Positions 1 to 12,193 of a stretch of DNA of 64,000 bases are shown here, one piece after another; positions within the stretch are counted from its first letter, which is position 1; each line of letters begins with the position of its first letter. Under the pieces are notes generated by a model, which worked only from the letters and a program-made list of their open reading frames with translations, had not been told where the DNA came from and made no database searches. Origin of the DNA: Lepidodermella squamata (lineage: Eukaryota > Animalia > Gastrotricha). The stretch covers positions 3,224,001 through 3,288,000 of the forward strand of contig JBLDXI010000015.1 in the NCBI GenBank assembly GCA_047495785.1, written 5' to 3'. The position numbers were made by a program, and so were the translations under genes.

Positions 1-27
1 CCGCGAGATGGATATCTTGTCATTTCT

Positions 28-1149
28 TTGAAAGACGACGTTCCTAACGAAATATCTCTCGCTGTAGTTATTCTCGCAGTTATGATTTCATCTTTTCAAG
101 TATCGGCAATAATTCTAACAGTGAAAGATGCTTGCAAAATACATATTGTCAATTCTCCTGTTGCCAAAATTCTCGGCTATATCGGATGCTTAGGTCTTAA
201 CGGAGCTGCAATCGCGTTCTCGGTAGAAAGTTGGGCTAGTAGCTTTGTTATTGTTGTGGTAAGATTGGTTCTGCTAATTATTTCCATGTCAGTTTTGAAT
301 GGAGCTATTTCATTTCGGGCGTTTTTTCTGGCTCGAAAGCTACCAAAAATGCCAAAGATTCTCAAACCCAACCGGAGCAGCAAGTTACTCAGCATCTTTG
401 TGACTCCAAAGAATCCTTCTAAGGCTCAAATCGTTATCGCGAAAGCTGATGTCGATACATCACCAGGTGGGAGCCCGTCTATGACTCCCGATCTTCAACG
501 CCGAATCGAAAATGTATCACCGGTTCCTCGGCAAAATTTAGTTGATGCGAAACCCCAGCCGCCGAATCTCAGAGGTGCTGTTCGAACAGTCTCAAATCGG
601 AGGAGAAATCGAGGTCGCCAACCTAGTACCGTGGCATCGGAATTTGAAAACGGCATCGATCGAAAAACTGTCGGCTTCACTACGATTTTTATGGTTATTA
701 ACCTTCTCATTTTGGCTAGCTGGCTGCTTTCCGACTCTCTATCCTGCCGTACAGTCGTAGCGCGGGAGGCCAACAACTATGACCTTGTATCAGACACATA
801 TTACGATATCTCCACGGAAATCTGCACCTCAGCAAATGCCATGTCGTGGATGACTTGTCTGGCTTTTCTTCACGTCGTTTTGCAGGCCTATTGCACTTAT
901 CAAGGGTACCGTGTAAAACAGCGGTTGAAGACACTGGCAAATAATAGCTGTTCCGAGATCACAGGCGTTATTCTTGGCCCGCTGAATGGTTTCTCGTTAC
1001 TGCTTTGCTTCATCCTAGTTGTTTTCACGTTAGCCGATGAAAAACGACAGCATATTTCAGTCGCATTTATGGCGCTATTCTATTCGATGAGTACAAGCAT
1101 CACCATGAGTTATAATCTCGTTCAACGCTTTATTAAAGTAATCCGCTAA
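28..1149 (+). CDS. Multi-pass membrane protein, probably the C-terminal part of a divergent family C GPCR-like 7TM protein (likely starts upstream of the window)
   Basis: About 7 hydrophobic segments. CTYQGYRVK...NNSCSEI resembles TM5-ICL3-TM6 of GABA-B-like receptors. Long Pro/Arg-rich loop after TM3. Confidence 0.45.
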   Translation: MKDDVPNEISLAVVILAVMISSFQVSAIILTVKDACKIHIVNSPVAKILGYIGCLGLNGAAIAFSVESWASSFVIVVVRLVLLIISMSVLNGAISFRAFFLARKLPKMPKILKPNRSSKLLSIFVTPKNPSKAQIVIAKADVDTSPGGSPSMTPDLQRRIENVSPVPRQNLVDAKPQPPNLRGAVRTVSNRRRNRGRQPSTVASEFENGIDRKTVGFTTIFMVINLLILASWLLSDSLSCRTVVAREANNYDLVSDTYYDISTEICTSANAMSWMTCLAFLHVVLQAYCTYQGYRVKQRLKTLANNSCSEITGVILGPLNGFSLLLCFILVVFTLADEKRQHISVAFMALFYSMSTSITMSYNLVQRFIKVIR

Positions 1150-1305
1150 AAGCTGGCGAACATGATAGTCTTAATGTTATGTCTGTCACATCTAAACTCT
1201 AAACTGCACAATCGTGTAATGTCGACAATGAATAGCAAATAAAATGGCGATTTGATGTGTACAAAAAGTAACTCTCGTCAAACGCCATGTTGACCAATAT
1301 GTGTA

Positions 1306-1469
1306 ATTCGTGGCGAGGAATCCGAATTTGATGTCGTAGAACTTACAGCAATCACTTAAAGTTCGAAAAATCGATTTCCGATAATCGATATCGATTGATT
1401 ATCGATTTTTAGGAAATCGATTCGCCTGGTCAGAAAAGTGAATCCAGATTTGGATTCCTTGCCACGAAT
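1306..1469. mobile_element. TA-flanked MITE
   Basis: TIRs ATTCGTGGCGAGGAATCC / GGATTCCTTGCCACGAAT, with TA at 1304-05 and 1470-71. Confidence 0.7.
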
Positions 1470-1471
1470 TA

Positions 1472-1651
1472 CCGTATTTGTTCCTATACGGGCTGCTAAA
1501 ATTTCAACCTCGAAATTTTGAAAATTTTGAAAAACAATTATGGCGAATCGTTCGTGATGTTTTCGAACCGACTTGACCCCTCAACTTGACCTGGGCTACT
1601 GTTAGGGATGGGCGATTATTAGTGGATGGGCTACTATTGGAACAAATACGG
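1472..1651. mobile_element. Tc1/mariner-pogo-type MITE
   Basis: TA-CCGTATTTGTTCC...GGAACAAATACGG-TA. Confidence 0.8.
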
Positions 1652-1976
1652 TACACGTATTGGTCAACATGGCGTTTGACGAGACTTACTTTTTGTACAC
1701 ATTAATTGGCCATCTTTTATTCATTGAAATCTGACCCCTTCATAGCGTCAGATAAAATGATGAAGACTAAACGTTCTTCGACTAAATAGAATTGTCGACT
1801 TTTTATTTTACCTAGAATTCATACATTTCCTCAATTTCGTAGAAATATTCGAAATGTGACCTTTGGCTTGTCTAATATTAGGTTCCGCATCATTCAGATT
1901 AGGTTCCGCTACAGCCAAATTTGGTTCCGTAAAAGAATACAGTTTCTTTTAATTACACCCTATTTCTTTCTTTCAG

Positions 1977-4900
1977 CTATCAACTATTGCGGAATTTTTG
2001 TCGATGATCGGTCGGAAATGGTTTTTCGTGATGTTGAAAGCTTATTTTTGCTGCTCCCCGAATTTCAATCGGTTAACGTTACTTTTCGATGCGATATTGC
2101 CTCGTTGAAGAAAGCAGACGCATATTGCGAAAATTCTGACGCCAAAAATAAAATGTTACCATGTGAAGCGAAAGTCGACATAATTCTAGATCACCCAGAT
2201 CTTGGCCGTAATATTTCTGCTTGGACTTGGAGTTACATTGATGGCGTGCTGAAAACTTCGATAGAGCGCCAGTTCAATTTTTCGCCGATTTTCGATGCGG
2301 ATTTGAGCTTTGGCCCCGGTGAAATGAACGTTTCGCTTCGACTTTTGGCGAATAGTAGCAAATTTAATGACGCGTTCTTGATGTCAAGCGAAGATTGGCG
2401 ATTTGTGTTGTCTGGTAATTTTTCGCTGAGATTCGTGAATCACGGCTTGGAAGAAAAAATGGTCTCCCCAAAAGTTGTTTTCGAGTACTCGCCAGCCGGA
2501 GAAAAACGGAGTAGTAAAAATAAAATTGAAGTTTCAAAATAAATTTTCTACAATTTTTTTTTAATTTTTAAGGTTATGATGCGGTTTGCCGATTCCGAAC
2601 TGCTGATACCTTTGATTATATTGGCTCGTTGGATCGAACAGTTTGTGGAGAGCCTTGTTTACCATGGCTTGAATACCAGAATCAAGCTGTCAAATAGTTT
2701 GTCCACATTTTTATTTGATTTCCCAATTTTTTCACCTTCTCATGTATTAGCGATTTGCCGGTAAACATCAATTTTTCTAAAACCAACAATTTCTGTCGGG
2801 ACCCTTGGCACCTCAACCAATTGTACTGTTATTTGGGCGACGGGAAATTCGGCCAGTGTTACGCCCCATTCTGCGATGATCGTATGCTTTTGAAAAAATT
2901 GAGAAAAATATTTTAATAAGGTATTTTTCTACAGCTGAGGATAAATTGATTCTACATTATTTCCCGATCAAAAAATTCGGCCGAACATGCAATTGCGAGT
3001 CTGATGAAAAATTAAACTTGGCTGATGCTATCAAACTCGCGAGTCGGTTTCCTTACGCGGAAGAAGCAGGTTATTCTGGAGATCGAATTCTCATCAATCA
3101 AGTCTCGATCAACGAATGCGCGTTACTGTGCCTCGATCTTGGCGGCCAATGCAAGTCGTTTTACTACGATTTCCGCCTCAAAAACAGTGGGCTTTGCTCC
3201 ATACTACCTTGCACTTGTGATTTCTCGGATGGATTTTGTAATAGCCAGGTTAAGGGGGTTTATTACGAAAAGGCGAACGTCGATCCTGGGATCCAGGAAT
3301 CCGTCCGAGATCAAGGAAATTCCATGATTTACCAATTAAAAACCTACGAATCCGGCGTGAGTAGAATTCCTTTGTTTTGCTCCGTTGCTGAGAATGCTGA
3401 GAATGCTGAGAGCTACGGCAAAGAAAATTGGTCTCGCTATTCCGCAGAAAGTAAAAACTTCACAGATCTAAGCCCGATGAACCTGAGGCAAGGATATTAT
3501 GAAGTTCAGAACGCGGTTGAATCGAGTATTTATCGATGTGAGTTCGAGAAGAAAATCGAATTCCACGACATCCGGATCTCAAACCCGATGAAGTGCCGGG
3601 TCTTGATCAATGAAACCAGACACGCCCCATACTCGGGTGTTTATGGACTTGAAATTTCGATCACGCTCGATTATGAATATTCAGTATTTGTCGACTTCAT
3701 TTGCGATGGCAAATTCGATCGGATTAAAGTTGTACCAATATTTCAATTCAATGGAAAAATCGAGGAGCTGAGCAAAAATCAGCGGGAATTTTTTATTACC
3801 GATAATTTCATCCGGCTTCGCTATCAAATCGACCTGAGTCGCGTTGGTAATTATTCGATGCAATTCGTATTTATTCCGAGAACAGTCACGAATTCGATCG
3901 AGCCAATCGCTGAAATTAGCCTGGATAATTTACCTCACTTCCCTCCGGTTTTGCCTGACAGAAAACCCATTGCCGGTTATCGTCTTTTGATGCAAGCGTG
4001 GCCTAGAAATTCGGAAATACGCGATTTTATCGAATTAAATGGAGGCAAAGGTTAATTTATTTATTTTTCATTCAAAAATAATTTAAATTTTTTTTTAGCT
4101 TTTGATTTTATGTTCTTCCATTCTCGAAAATTGATTTTCCTCATCGAGCCGGGTACAACTATTAAATTTCGAATCGAATTCGACTTGGAGGAAGACCTAC
4201 GAGAATTCGGAAAATTCTGCCTCTGCGCGGATTGTTTCAGAAATTGCTATCCATTGGTTTTAGAAATCACTGGACAAGACCAAAAGCTTGTAACAATCAA
4301 TATGAAACGGTATAGGAAGGGTATCCTGATTGATTTAACAATACCTGGCCCGGATCCGATGCCCGGTTGGTCGATAGACCTATTTCGAAGGATTTATTCC
4401 AGAGTTTTCGAGCTATCCGTCAAATTCGGAGATGTTGCGTTACAGCGGTCTTTCCACAAAATTGAATTTCTGATAGACGTGAGAATTTTGCCGACCTTTT
4501 ACCCTAGTAAAATGGCTACCACTGACTGCCACCATTACAATGTAGCTGGGGCTAAGTATCAAGGGGTTAAATCGAATTCGGCTTGTTACAACCTACCCTG
4601 CTATGACTGGCAGGAGGCTTTGTCAATTTTTGAAACGAAAATCGACCAAAATTTGATTAAAGAAAATTACTGCCGAGCTGTTAAAGGTCAGAAATACAAC
4701 GCACCCTGGTGCTACGTTTACCTGAGCTCTCAAGAATTGGTCCCAGATTTCTGCGATATTCCTATCTGTTTAGATTCTGCCCATCCGAAGGGCGGGAATT
4801 ACGATCGATTCCCGCAATTTTGCGCGAAATGTAACAATTCCATCGAACCTAGCACGGCAGCTAACATTAACACGCTGAGACTTTGCGAAAAACAGTGCGA

Positions 4901-5957
4901 CATGCTCGAATCGTTTTGTTCCGGGTTTTATTTCGACCTGATCAAATCGAAATGTTTGATTTACCGCGATACTTGCTCGTGTTCTAGGGAAGAATTGCTG
5001 AAAGACCGTCGAATGTCCTGCGGAACTGGGCATTATGGCTACTATTACAAAAAACAGGTGTTGAATAGGGCCTACAGGTCACGTGACCGTTTTCTAGCGA
5101 ATCAAACCACGGTTATTCAGGTTCATCATTTCCCTGAAAATGCGACCCAGTTTGACATTCCGCTCGCGGAAGAGGTCGAGCCGGAGGATGACGATTATTT
5201 GCCTCAATTAGACTGGAAATTATTCATCGCCAACGGGACAGTTCGTTACAGCCAGGCTAATTTATCCGGAAAAATTACTCGATTTGGCTCGAAATTGTTT
5301 CTGACCCTACCGCTAAGCAAACCGGCTAGAAAGGCCCTTTTCGACGGGTATTTTATTATAGGCGACCATGCGAATCGGCCGATTCAGTACAGCTTCGTCA
5401 AATTACAACGAGCCCCTCGCCTCAGTTTTGCATCCCGCCATATCGCAAATTCATCCGAAGGTTTAATCGAAAAATTTGCGTACGAGTCGAAATTTCAGCC
5501 AATGGAATATGTCGAAAATGAGTTCAAAACGCAATATGTCCTGGTTGATCTCGACGATCAAGCCGTGTTTACTTGTTTCAACTCGGAATTTATTTGCAGC
5601 CCGAGAATTTTCGGTTTTTCTCCTGGAATGGAATTTATCTTCGATAGCTGGAATCGATCGAAATATTTTCAGAAATTTCCTGTCCGCTTTGAGATAAAAC
5701 GGCACGCGATTTCACCGAATTGCTTTTACGTTATCGCCTCGGAAAGTTGGAAAGGTAGCTCGGTGAACTTGGAAGACTACGGTTTTGCGATTCGAATGCA
5801 TCCTACGACGCAATTTGTCGACTTTAATGCATTTCCGAGGCAGCTTGATGACGACGCAGTTCAAGCTCTACGCGCTTATTCACTATCTTCGGCGATGTCA
5901 GTCAAATTTGACTTGAATTTTGTTATTTTACTTGTGATTTTTCAAAAATTGTATTGA
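1977..5957 (+). CDS. Multi-exon secreted or membrane-anchored protein with two kringle + PAN/apple modules (start exon not resolved)
   Basis: Kringle 1 is split over exons at about 2573-2880 (DYIGSLDRTVCGEPCLPW...NNFCRDP...YCY...CYAPFC). PAN: ECALLCLDLGGQCKSFYYD. Kringle 2: YQG...PCYDW...ENYCR...PWCY...CDIPIC. PAN: CEKQCDMLESFCSGFYFD. Hydrophobic C-terminus. Confidence 0.75.
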
Positions 5958-6121
5958 CTAATTTGCTGTTTATTGAGTTGAATAAAAACATGCGCCATTC
6001 GGTTTTCATTCAGTCTATTTCAATAGCTCAGTGATATGCGTGGGTTTTTACGGGTAGTAGCCTCAATAGCCTATTCTGCACCTTCCATCATTTTATTAAG
6101 GTTGTGTGCACCCTAGTAAAA

Positions 6122-8377
6122 ATGGCTGCCACCGGCTACAGGAAAATGCGGAATTTCGTGTCGAATTTGCAGAACGAATCTTCCAAGCCGCTCGCCATTA
6201 TTTTAGGATGTCTTCTAGTTTTTTGCTACTTCGTCATTTTTCGCAGGGCACTGCTGTATTCCACCGAGGAGAAAGTTCTAGCTGAGACGGCTAAGATACA
6301 AATTCTTCAAAAGCATCGAAATTCTAGTCGAGTTGGCGTGTTTTTGATTGCTCAAAACGAGGAGGATAACAAGGCTGTAATCGAGTTTCTCGAGGCCGGC
6401 TGTCAATCGGGCCGTTATCTCTTCCCAGGCGACCGGGTCGAAATTGTCATTTTCACGCCTGACATCAAAAAATTCAAGTCTAAATACGAATGTAATGTAA
6501 CTTTTATCGAGCGACGATTTGCCGACCCAAAATTGAGCGATGATCCTTGTTCGCTGTTTTACTACAAACCAGACCATGACGCGGATTTATATCCGGAAAA
6601 ATACGATCACATCTTTTATTTCGGCTCAAAATTACGTTTCATCGAGCCGTTTTACTTCATTGATGATCTAGTGGCTCTTGCGAAAAATGGTTCGAGTCTG
6701 ATTGAGGAGGAGTATTTTTCGAGCCCACAAGGCGGTATTAAAAAGAAAGCGACGCAGCTATTCCAGACTACCTTGTTCGGCGGATCGTCTCGCGAGGTCA
6801 ATTATCTGTGCTTGAATGTCACTAAAATGCCTCAAACCGTGCCGTTCCATCATCGATTTAATCAATACCTAGCCCACGCCACCGCCAGCCGAGTTCTTAC
6901 AGCGGAAAAGTACGGAATCCGGGTAGAAAATGATGAAAAGCTGGACCGAAAATTGGACAAAGATTTTCGCGAATATTTCAAGGTGGCTGAACTCAAGCGG
7001 ATAGTCGAACAGCACGAAAAGCGAGTGGCAAACTTGGTCGAAGCGATTCAAAAAAATTATATCAAGTCGAATTCCGAATTTTTGAAAAATTTCCTCGCGG
7101 CGCCGAACCCGGATAACGAAGTTGGAAAGAAGGTAATAGTTCTACAACCTCTGAAAAAGCGTCAATTTTTCAATTTTCCAATAGTTCGTGACTTATAGCT
7201 ATAATCTTCCCAATGTTTCTGGGGCGTCTGCTACAGATTTCGATACTGGAAACAAGGTAGGTTGCCGAATTAAGTCGGCCAAATTATAAAATCTTGCTAA
7301 AAAATTATCAAAAAAAATATCGAACAATTTTATTAGGGAACCCTGATGGAACCTCGCCAACTGCGTGGCCTTGTCGTAGCTTTCTATCTGGCTCTGGCCA
7401 ACAACCGTGTTTTTCATTCTGATTTCTGTGAACTCGACCAATATTACACCTCAAATGCCGGATTTTACGGCGTTAATTGCACTGCCTATACTCAACAACA
7501 CGATTTAGCCGTAAATACCTCCTCAATCTGGCTTTTAGACGACAGCCGAGATGCGAATGAATTCATAACCCAGCTTAAAAACACCTCTATTATCAACAAA
7601 CTCGAGGTATACAACAACATTTTCCTAGCTTCGGATCGCTATTCAGGTCTTCAGGGGCTTTTGACCAACGAAATTTTCGGCCCAGTTGTAGGATTCATTT
7701 TGGACGGCTATCACGATAGCGAATACCGGAATGACTATTCCTTGATGATTTCAGCGGCTTTTCGAGTCATTTTCTCGTCGCCGAATGAGAAATTCCGGCG
7801 TATTCTCGACAATGCTGAAGCCAGAATCGATTCCTGGAATGAAGCAACTCGAATCGGAGTTGATCTAACGTTCTCTTCCGCAGCAAATCATAGGAAAATC
7901 ACTCAAAAAGAAATCGACATTTTCGTCGCAGAAATCGATAATTTGGTTACGAATTCGATTCGAAAATCTTGGCTGGAAAAATCGAAACATCGAGTGGTCG
8001 TTTTTATTGCCACTCCGCCGAAATCTAGTTTCTACATAAATTCCATGGAGAGTGCTTTGAAGCAGAAAATCAGCTCGGATTTGAAGGTTTCATTCTTCGA
8101 TAAGTCTATATTGGGCGGGAATGACGAAGATCCGTGGGCACTTGGCGCTCGATCTTACGCGCAATGGGTTCTTCTCAGCCGATGTGACTATTTATTCATC
8201 CCTCAGGACGGGCAGTATGGCGAAACAGCGGCTATGATGTCGGGAAAACCGACTCGGCGATTGATTTTTCCCGAAAAATTGGACAAGAAAATCGAGCCGT
8301 ACTTCACAGATTATTACAACATTTACATGCAAGGTGTCACAAAAAGCGAGAAAATTACGCAATCAGATTTGACTTGA
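6122..8377 (+). CDS. Type II membrane protein fusing a GT6 (ABO-like) domain and a fucosyltransferase-like (GT37/GT23/GT11 fold) domain; exons 6122-7132, 7185-7256, 7337-8377
   Basis: N-terminal TM. GT6-like motifs VGVFLIA, FPGDRVEIVIFT, LFGGSSREV, RFNQYL..SRVLTAE. Two phase-0 GT-AG introns join the ORFs in frame. FucT-like motifs AFYLALANNRVF, RIGVDL, VFIAT, WVLLSRCDYL..YGETAA. Confidence 0.65.
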
Positions 8378-8510
8378 TAATTCTCAGGTTTTTATTCGGA
8401 GCGAGAAAAAATGAATACTTTTTTGAGGTGGAAAATAAAATTGAGGAGGACCTTATTTTCGGAAAGACCGGTTGTTGATTATATAAGGGTGTTAATTTTT
8501 TGACGATTTT

Positions 8511-9029
8511 TCAGCCTGAGGTCAGCTGCTCCTTGAGAGTTTTAACGTATCCCGTGTACAGAATAGCCAGAGCGATGAAAATGGCGATAGATAGAACAAT
8601 GCCAGCGCAACTGATCCAAATCGACCGTTTGTAGAATTTGCGCCCTTCGTTGATTCGGGTCGCGAGAATGAGCGCCGGAATTGAAAAACAAAAACAGCCG
8701 AAAAATACGCTAATAATTGCAAGCGGAAAGGCAACATCTCGCAGGTCTGACCCGGCCGGTTCTGCCTCTTCGGATTTAATCTCGTTTTTCACTGTTATTT
8801 CGACGTCGTTTGCAGCTACAGCTTGCTGATAGCTCGGTCGCTTGCTGCTGCTGACTACGGCAGCGGGTTCAGGTGTCACGATAACTTCGTTCATTTTAGC
8901 GAATTCCAGCACTACATTTTCGTGAGTGGTAACAGTAGGGCCTTCATGTTTAGGCGGTTCGACAGGTGCCGGGGGTTCGGCCGGAACTGGGGATTTCGGT
9001 TCCGCGCTAACAGCAGGCTCGTCCGACAT
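8511..9029 (-). CDS. CD225/dispanin (PRRT/IFITM-like) membrane protein
   Basis: Pro/Glu-rich N-terminus, then LAIISVFFGCFCFSIPALILA and a second TM (ISCAGIVLSIAIFIAL). Confidence 0.75.
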   Translation of the reverse strand: MSDEPAVSAEPKSPVPAEPPAPVEPPKHEGPTVTTHENVVLEFAKMNEVIVTPEPAAVVSSSKRPSYQQAVAANDVEITVKNEIKSEEAEPAGSDLRDVAFPLAIISVFFGCFCFSIPALILATRINEGRKFYKRSIWISCAGIVLSIAIFIALAILYTGYVKTLKEQLTSG

Positions 9030-9819
9030 CAGTTCGACCTCGAAAAACGCGTTAACGGTACCTATTTTCGCGAATTTATTAATTCGAAGTAAAATAAATA
9101 AAATAATAATGCACCAATTTTTTACACAGTAATTTTCTTCTTTCTCTGTTTAATTTTCCCAATTTACGCGTCATTAATTTCGCCGGCGACGTGTATGGGT
9201 GCAAAGTGGCCGGTAATTGTATCGAATTTCACACATATGTCTCGATCAATTAAGCGTTGCGAATAAAAACACCGGCGCGGTTGATTCGCAGTTTATTGGT
9301 AAAAGAGGTATACGTACACCTGGGCAGCAGTAGAGTCGCCCTTAACTGCTGAGATGTTATTGCGCAAAATGGCAGTGGCTTAAGTAAACATCGGCGAGAC
9401 AACAATAAAAAACGCTTTATAATATCATCGAATCTGCCCCCAGCTGCGACAGGTCGCCATTGGTGATTGTCACCTATGAACGCTCTATCACCTGTCAATC
9501 ACCCTAGCTATCGTGTCGCTGATATCGATTACACTGCTGGGTGTTTTGTTCGCAGTTTGCACTATCATGTTTACTCACCGCTCGTTTTTTTTTCTCGCCG
9601 CAACGCGCCCGCAAAAAAGGCGGCGGCTACTTGCGCACTGAGGCGCTATAAATAATTAACGCATATTGAGCATGAAAAATGAAAGCTATATATCCTGGGA
9701 ATATTGTAGTATTTGTTACCTACGCGCGAGAACAAAAAAATCAGCTAAAAAAATTGGTTACGCCTACTCGTGTATATACGTGTTTTCCGCTTAGATTTTT
9801 ACTTTGCATAATAAACGCG

Positions 9820-11239
9820 ATGAGTTCGACCAAAAGCTCGACAGGACTAACCTCAAATCCTAACATTGACAAGGTGCCGCAGGATAAACGAAGGTCGTCT
9901 GTTGTCGCCAATTTGTTGAATAGCAATCAGTTATCGAGGCGATCGAGTCGCATTGCTTCAGCCACAAATTGCCTCGACCCGAAAGTTAGCGCGCAGCAAA
10001 CGGAGATGAAAAGCGTTGAAACAATGCTGAAGGTGACGTCCTGCGACCAGTGCACGCTGCCATTTGAGCAGGGCCAGAATCGGCACCCACACCTGGGCGG
10101 GAATTTGTGCGATGTTTGCTTTGACACGCAGACTGCAAAAATGTGCGCCTCATGCAAAGGACCTATTAATTGCTTCAGCCAAAACCACAAGGTAAATTTT
10201 AGAAAATTATTTTATGGCTTGATGGACCTTTGTTTCACGCAGTACTATTCATCGAAAGATGGCTCGAAAAATTGGCACGATTATTGCTTGATGTGTGGTG
10301 GCTGTCATACCTTGCTCTTGGTCGAGTCGAAACGCTTCAAATTAGGCGATTCGACTCTGTGCGCGACTTGTTACGACCGAAAAGCTGGTTTTGTTTGCGC
10401 AACTTGTAATCTTCCAATTTACCGGCGCAGCAAGGGGCAACGGGTAATTAATTCGCAAAAAATTGCCACGCTATTTATTAACGGGTGAAATTTCAGCAAA
10501 TTTCTTCGAAAGATGGCAAAACCCATTATCATGAATACTGCCTTATTTGCCGTGGCTGTGGGAAATCTCTGGCCCATCTACCTTATTACTGCCATGACTC
10601 AGGCGGTACCTATTGCGCTGAGTGCTACGACCAAAAAGTTGGCGATATTTGCAGCCGATGCAATGAACTGATCAAGTCTACCAGCCGGCAACAACAGGTA
10701 TGACAAATAATACTCAAAATTCACTGGAAATCTCTTCTTTTTCTTGAAGAAATGTGTCATGTCAGATGGTACGACTTGGCATGCAACGTGTCTCGAATGT
10801 GAGCAATGTCACGCTCCACTGGCTTCGCAAAAAATCTTCGCTCATGAAGGCGCCATGGTATGCGGTACTTGCTTCGACATAAAAACCGGCTTTCTATGCG
10901 TTCACTGCAAGAAACTGATAAAATGCGGCAGCGAAGGGCAACAGGTATAGGCTCAAAAATTCGCCGATATTTTTTTCACTTTCATTGTCAAATTTATAGA
11001 AATACACGTCGGATGACGGTACCCAACACTGGCATGAGCACTGCCTTTTGTGCTGGCAATGTAACCGGCTGCTGGCCGGCAAGACGATTCACTGGCGGGA
11101 TGGGCGCATGTTTTGCGGGGTGTGTCGCAACAACTCGGCCAACTTTCGAACAAGTGCAATGGAACTCGTACTCAATAACAGCAATTTGCAGAATACTAAC
11201 AACGTTGCCGTCATTAACAGTAGAATGAAAATGAACTGA
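9820..11239 (+). CDS. Multi-LIM-domain protein (FHL/paxillin-like, about 4-5 LIMs, multi-exon)
   Basis: Repeated CxxC...WH/YHxxCxxCxxC...CxxC(Y/F)D across exons, with short GT-AG introns. Confidence 0.85.
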
Positions 11240-11820
11240 GATATTTATTTTTATTTGCGAAGAACTCTTTCATTTCTTCGTTTTTTATTTTTGATGCTTC
11301 TTAATTTTATCTTGTTGTAAATTTAGAGTCTAAATAAAAAAACAGCGTTCGATCGGCCCTTTTTTCGTGTGTTTGTGGAAAAAACTTGACAAATCGCGTG
11401 CCTCGCCTCGTGCAATGATCGTTTTAGCTTTTATAAAATGTGAAAAGCTATCGCCAGTTTTTTTTATTTTCAAATGCTAGCATTGACAATCTTGAAGCTT
11501 GCTTTTCTCATACAGTCTTTCATTGTAGGCATAAAATAGGAAATGCAAGGCGCGATGAGGTGATGCAAGGCTAATGTTGTTGAATCGTGATTTGGACTTT
11601 GTACAATTTACAATTTTTCTCAGATTTTTTATTCTATCGGTGTTTATCTGCTCAAGGCGCGAAACGGAATAAATTGTACATAAACCTCGCCAGTTTTCCG
11701 ATTCTCCTTAGATATCTAAGCGCTCGCGCTCGTGTTGCGTCAGTATTAGAGCGTGATTCATTAGCACCGTGGGGTGGAGCTTAACAGCGCGTGCCAAACA
11801 GGGTCGGCCTGGTATAGTGC

Positions 11821-11836
11821 ATAGGCAAATTAGCGA
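11821..11836 (+). promoter_or_regulatory. Putative snRNA proximal element at -73 of U2
   Basis: ATAGGCAAATTAGCGA, matching ATATGCAAATGAGCGA at exactly -73 of the U2 at 43944. ATATGCA.AT also sits at about -74 in other copies. Confidence 0.5.
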
Positions 11837-11893
11837 CCCGGCTGGTTGTGCGCGCAGTCCAGAACGGCGCCAAAAATTTTTTTCAAAAAAAGT

Positions 11894-11968
11894 ATCGCTT
11901 CTCGGCCTTTTTGGCTATGATCAAAGTGTAGTATCGCTTCTCGGCCTTTTTGGCTATGATCAAAGTGT
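11894..11968 (+). ncRNA. U2: 5' part of interrupted U2 snRNA gene: U2 nt 1-39 followed by a second copy of U2 nt 1-36
   Basis: ATCGCTTCTCGGCCTTTTTGGCTATGATCAAAGTGT occurs twice, as a perfect 39-bp tandem at 11891-11929 and 11930-11968. Confidence 0.95.
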
Positions 11969-12193
11969 TTTAACGCAAAGTTCGGATTATTCTGATATTG
12001 CTTCATTTGATTTGATAAAAGTAGCACTGCTAGCACTCCTCTTACTATTCGCTGCCTTATCAAGCCCTCTCTCCTGAGATCGCGAGATAGGCTTCTTATA
12101 GTATAGGCGTAGGCTATTAGTGTTTTCTCACCGAGGTTTAGCGTACTACGCTTCGTCCGAGTAACTCAGGGTTTGGGCATTCCCTTTCCCTGC

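Larger units (their letters stand above)
1226..1726. repeat. Long inverted repeat (about 75-80 bp arms) enclosing the two MITEs
   Basis: ATGTGTACAAAAAGTAACTCTCGTCAAACGCCATGTTGACCAATA from 1255 is the near-exact reverse complement of the stretch ending at about 1702, and a looser match extends further out. Confidence 0.75.

Noticed and set aside
11769-12077. ORFs overlapping U2 or tRNA (also 17492, 17569, 40282, 40427, 59032, 61526)
   Set aside because: They are translations of RNA genes.
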